Position numbers and translations under genes: made by a program
Shown: positions 63,423 to 64,000 of the stretch, piece after piece
Layout: each line of letters opens with the position of its first letter
Position numbering within the stretch: the stretch's first letter is position 1
Origin: Kondoa subrosea
Taxonomy: Eukaryota
NCBI GenBank assembly: GCA_039545335.1
Contig: BCIN01000009.1
Location: forward strand, 248,001-312,000
Direction of reading: 5' to 3'
DNA: 64,000 nucleotides
Notes under the pieces: generated by a model
What the model saw: the letters and a program-made list of their open reading frames with translations, nothing else
What the model was told of the DNA's origin: nothing
Databases searched by the model: none

Positions 63423-64000
63423 AGCGGACGAGAGCGAGAGAGGGTGGGACTGGCTTTTATAGAGGTTTCTGGATAAGCTCACGCAATAAGAGTAAGCAGC
63501 TGACAGAGAACAAGAAAAGTATCGATTGCTGCATGATAGCGGACCGGAATAGGCATACCCCGTCACTACCCCGTTCGAACAGAGTCCAGAAGATCAAGAA
63601 TCAACGGAATAGAAGATATAGATAGCAAACGTTTTTGAACATGCAGGCAACGTTCAGACGCCTTATAATAGCGTAACTCATGCAGCAGAACGTTTGCGCC
63701 TGCATCTTTGCTAGTCGTCGAATGGGTATTGAGTGGAAATATGCACGCGCTGCGGGTTAGCATTCGCGCATGCAGGCATCGCGTGAGAGAGCTAGAGAAG
63801 CAGTCATTCTTAAGCACAACGTTTACCGAGATGCACCCGAGCTCGCAGCTATCAAATCCGCGACCTTCTTCTAGCGGAAGGACTGCAACGACCAGACAAC
63901 TTCAGGCAGCAACAACGACGGGCAGTGCAAATGAGAGTGGTAAAGGTCCTCTACAGGCACTGGACCTGGAAGCTGGGACACTCGCCCTGGAAGTTTGGAA

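Noticed and set aside
1..64000. Apparent clustering of trafficking genes (p34, DENN, APS3, VPS13, arrestins) and splicing genes (PRP22, CLF1)
   Set aside because: Dispersed among unrelated genes, and these are large functional classes; no shared motif seen
63566..64000. Short ORF and possible gene at the window end
   Set aside because: No homology or splice support; likely promoter or intergenic sequence

Overview
Compact, intron-rich fungal genomic DNA, most likely a basidiomycete yeast (short ~45-65 nt GT-AG introns with CTRAY branch points). Most of the window is housekeeping genes: PRP22 (5' part outside window), an AAGAB/IRC6-like gene, CLF1, SWC4, a DENN-domain gene, an m-AAA protease (AFG3/YTA12 type), RPS3, a secreted GH16 glucanase, APS3, BYR4/BFA1, HSP104, a dienelactone hydrolase, VPS13, a fatty acid elongase and two arrestin-fold genes. 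The unusual parts are: (1) an ~8 kb mosaic island (6.65-14.4 kb) where decayed, truncated copies of three unrelated conserved genes (DPH1, IND1/NUBPL, a GYP5-like TBC RabGAP) are interleaved with an apparently intact orphan gene and two tandem F-box/LRR paralogs, one apparently frameshifted; (2) two probably non-coding spliced transcription units flanking RPS3, one with a C/D-box snoRNA candidate in an unusually long intron and one with a run of strong hairpins; (3) 4- and 5-nt micro-exons and a 7-exon small gene missed by the ORF track. I found no rRNA, tRNA, CRISPR or transposase. Gene identities come from recalled motifs and exon boundaries were read by eye, so coordinates are approximate.
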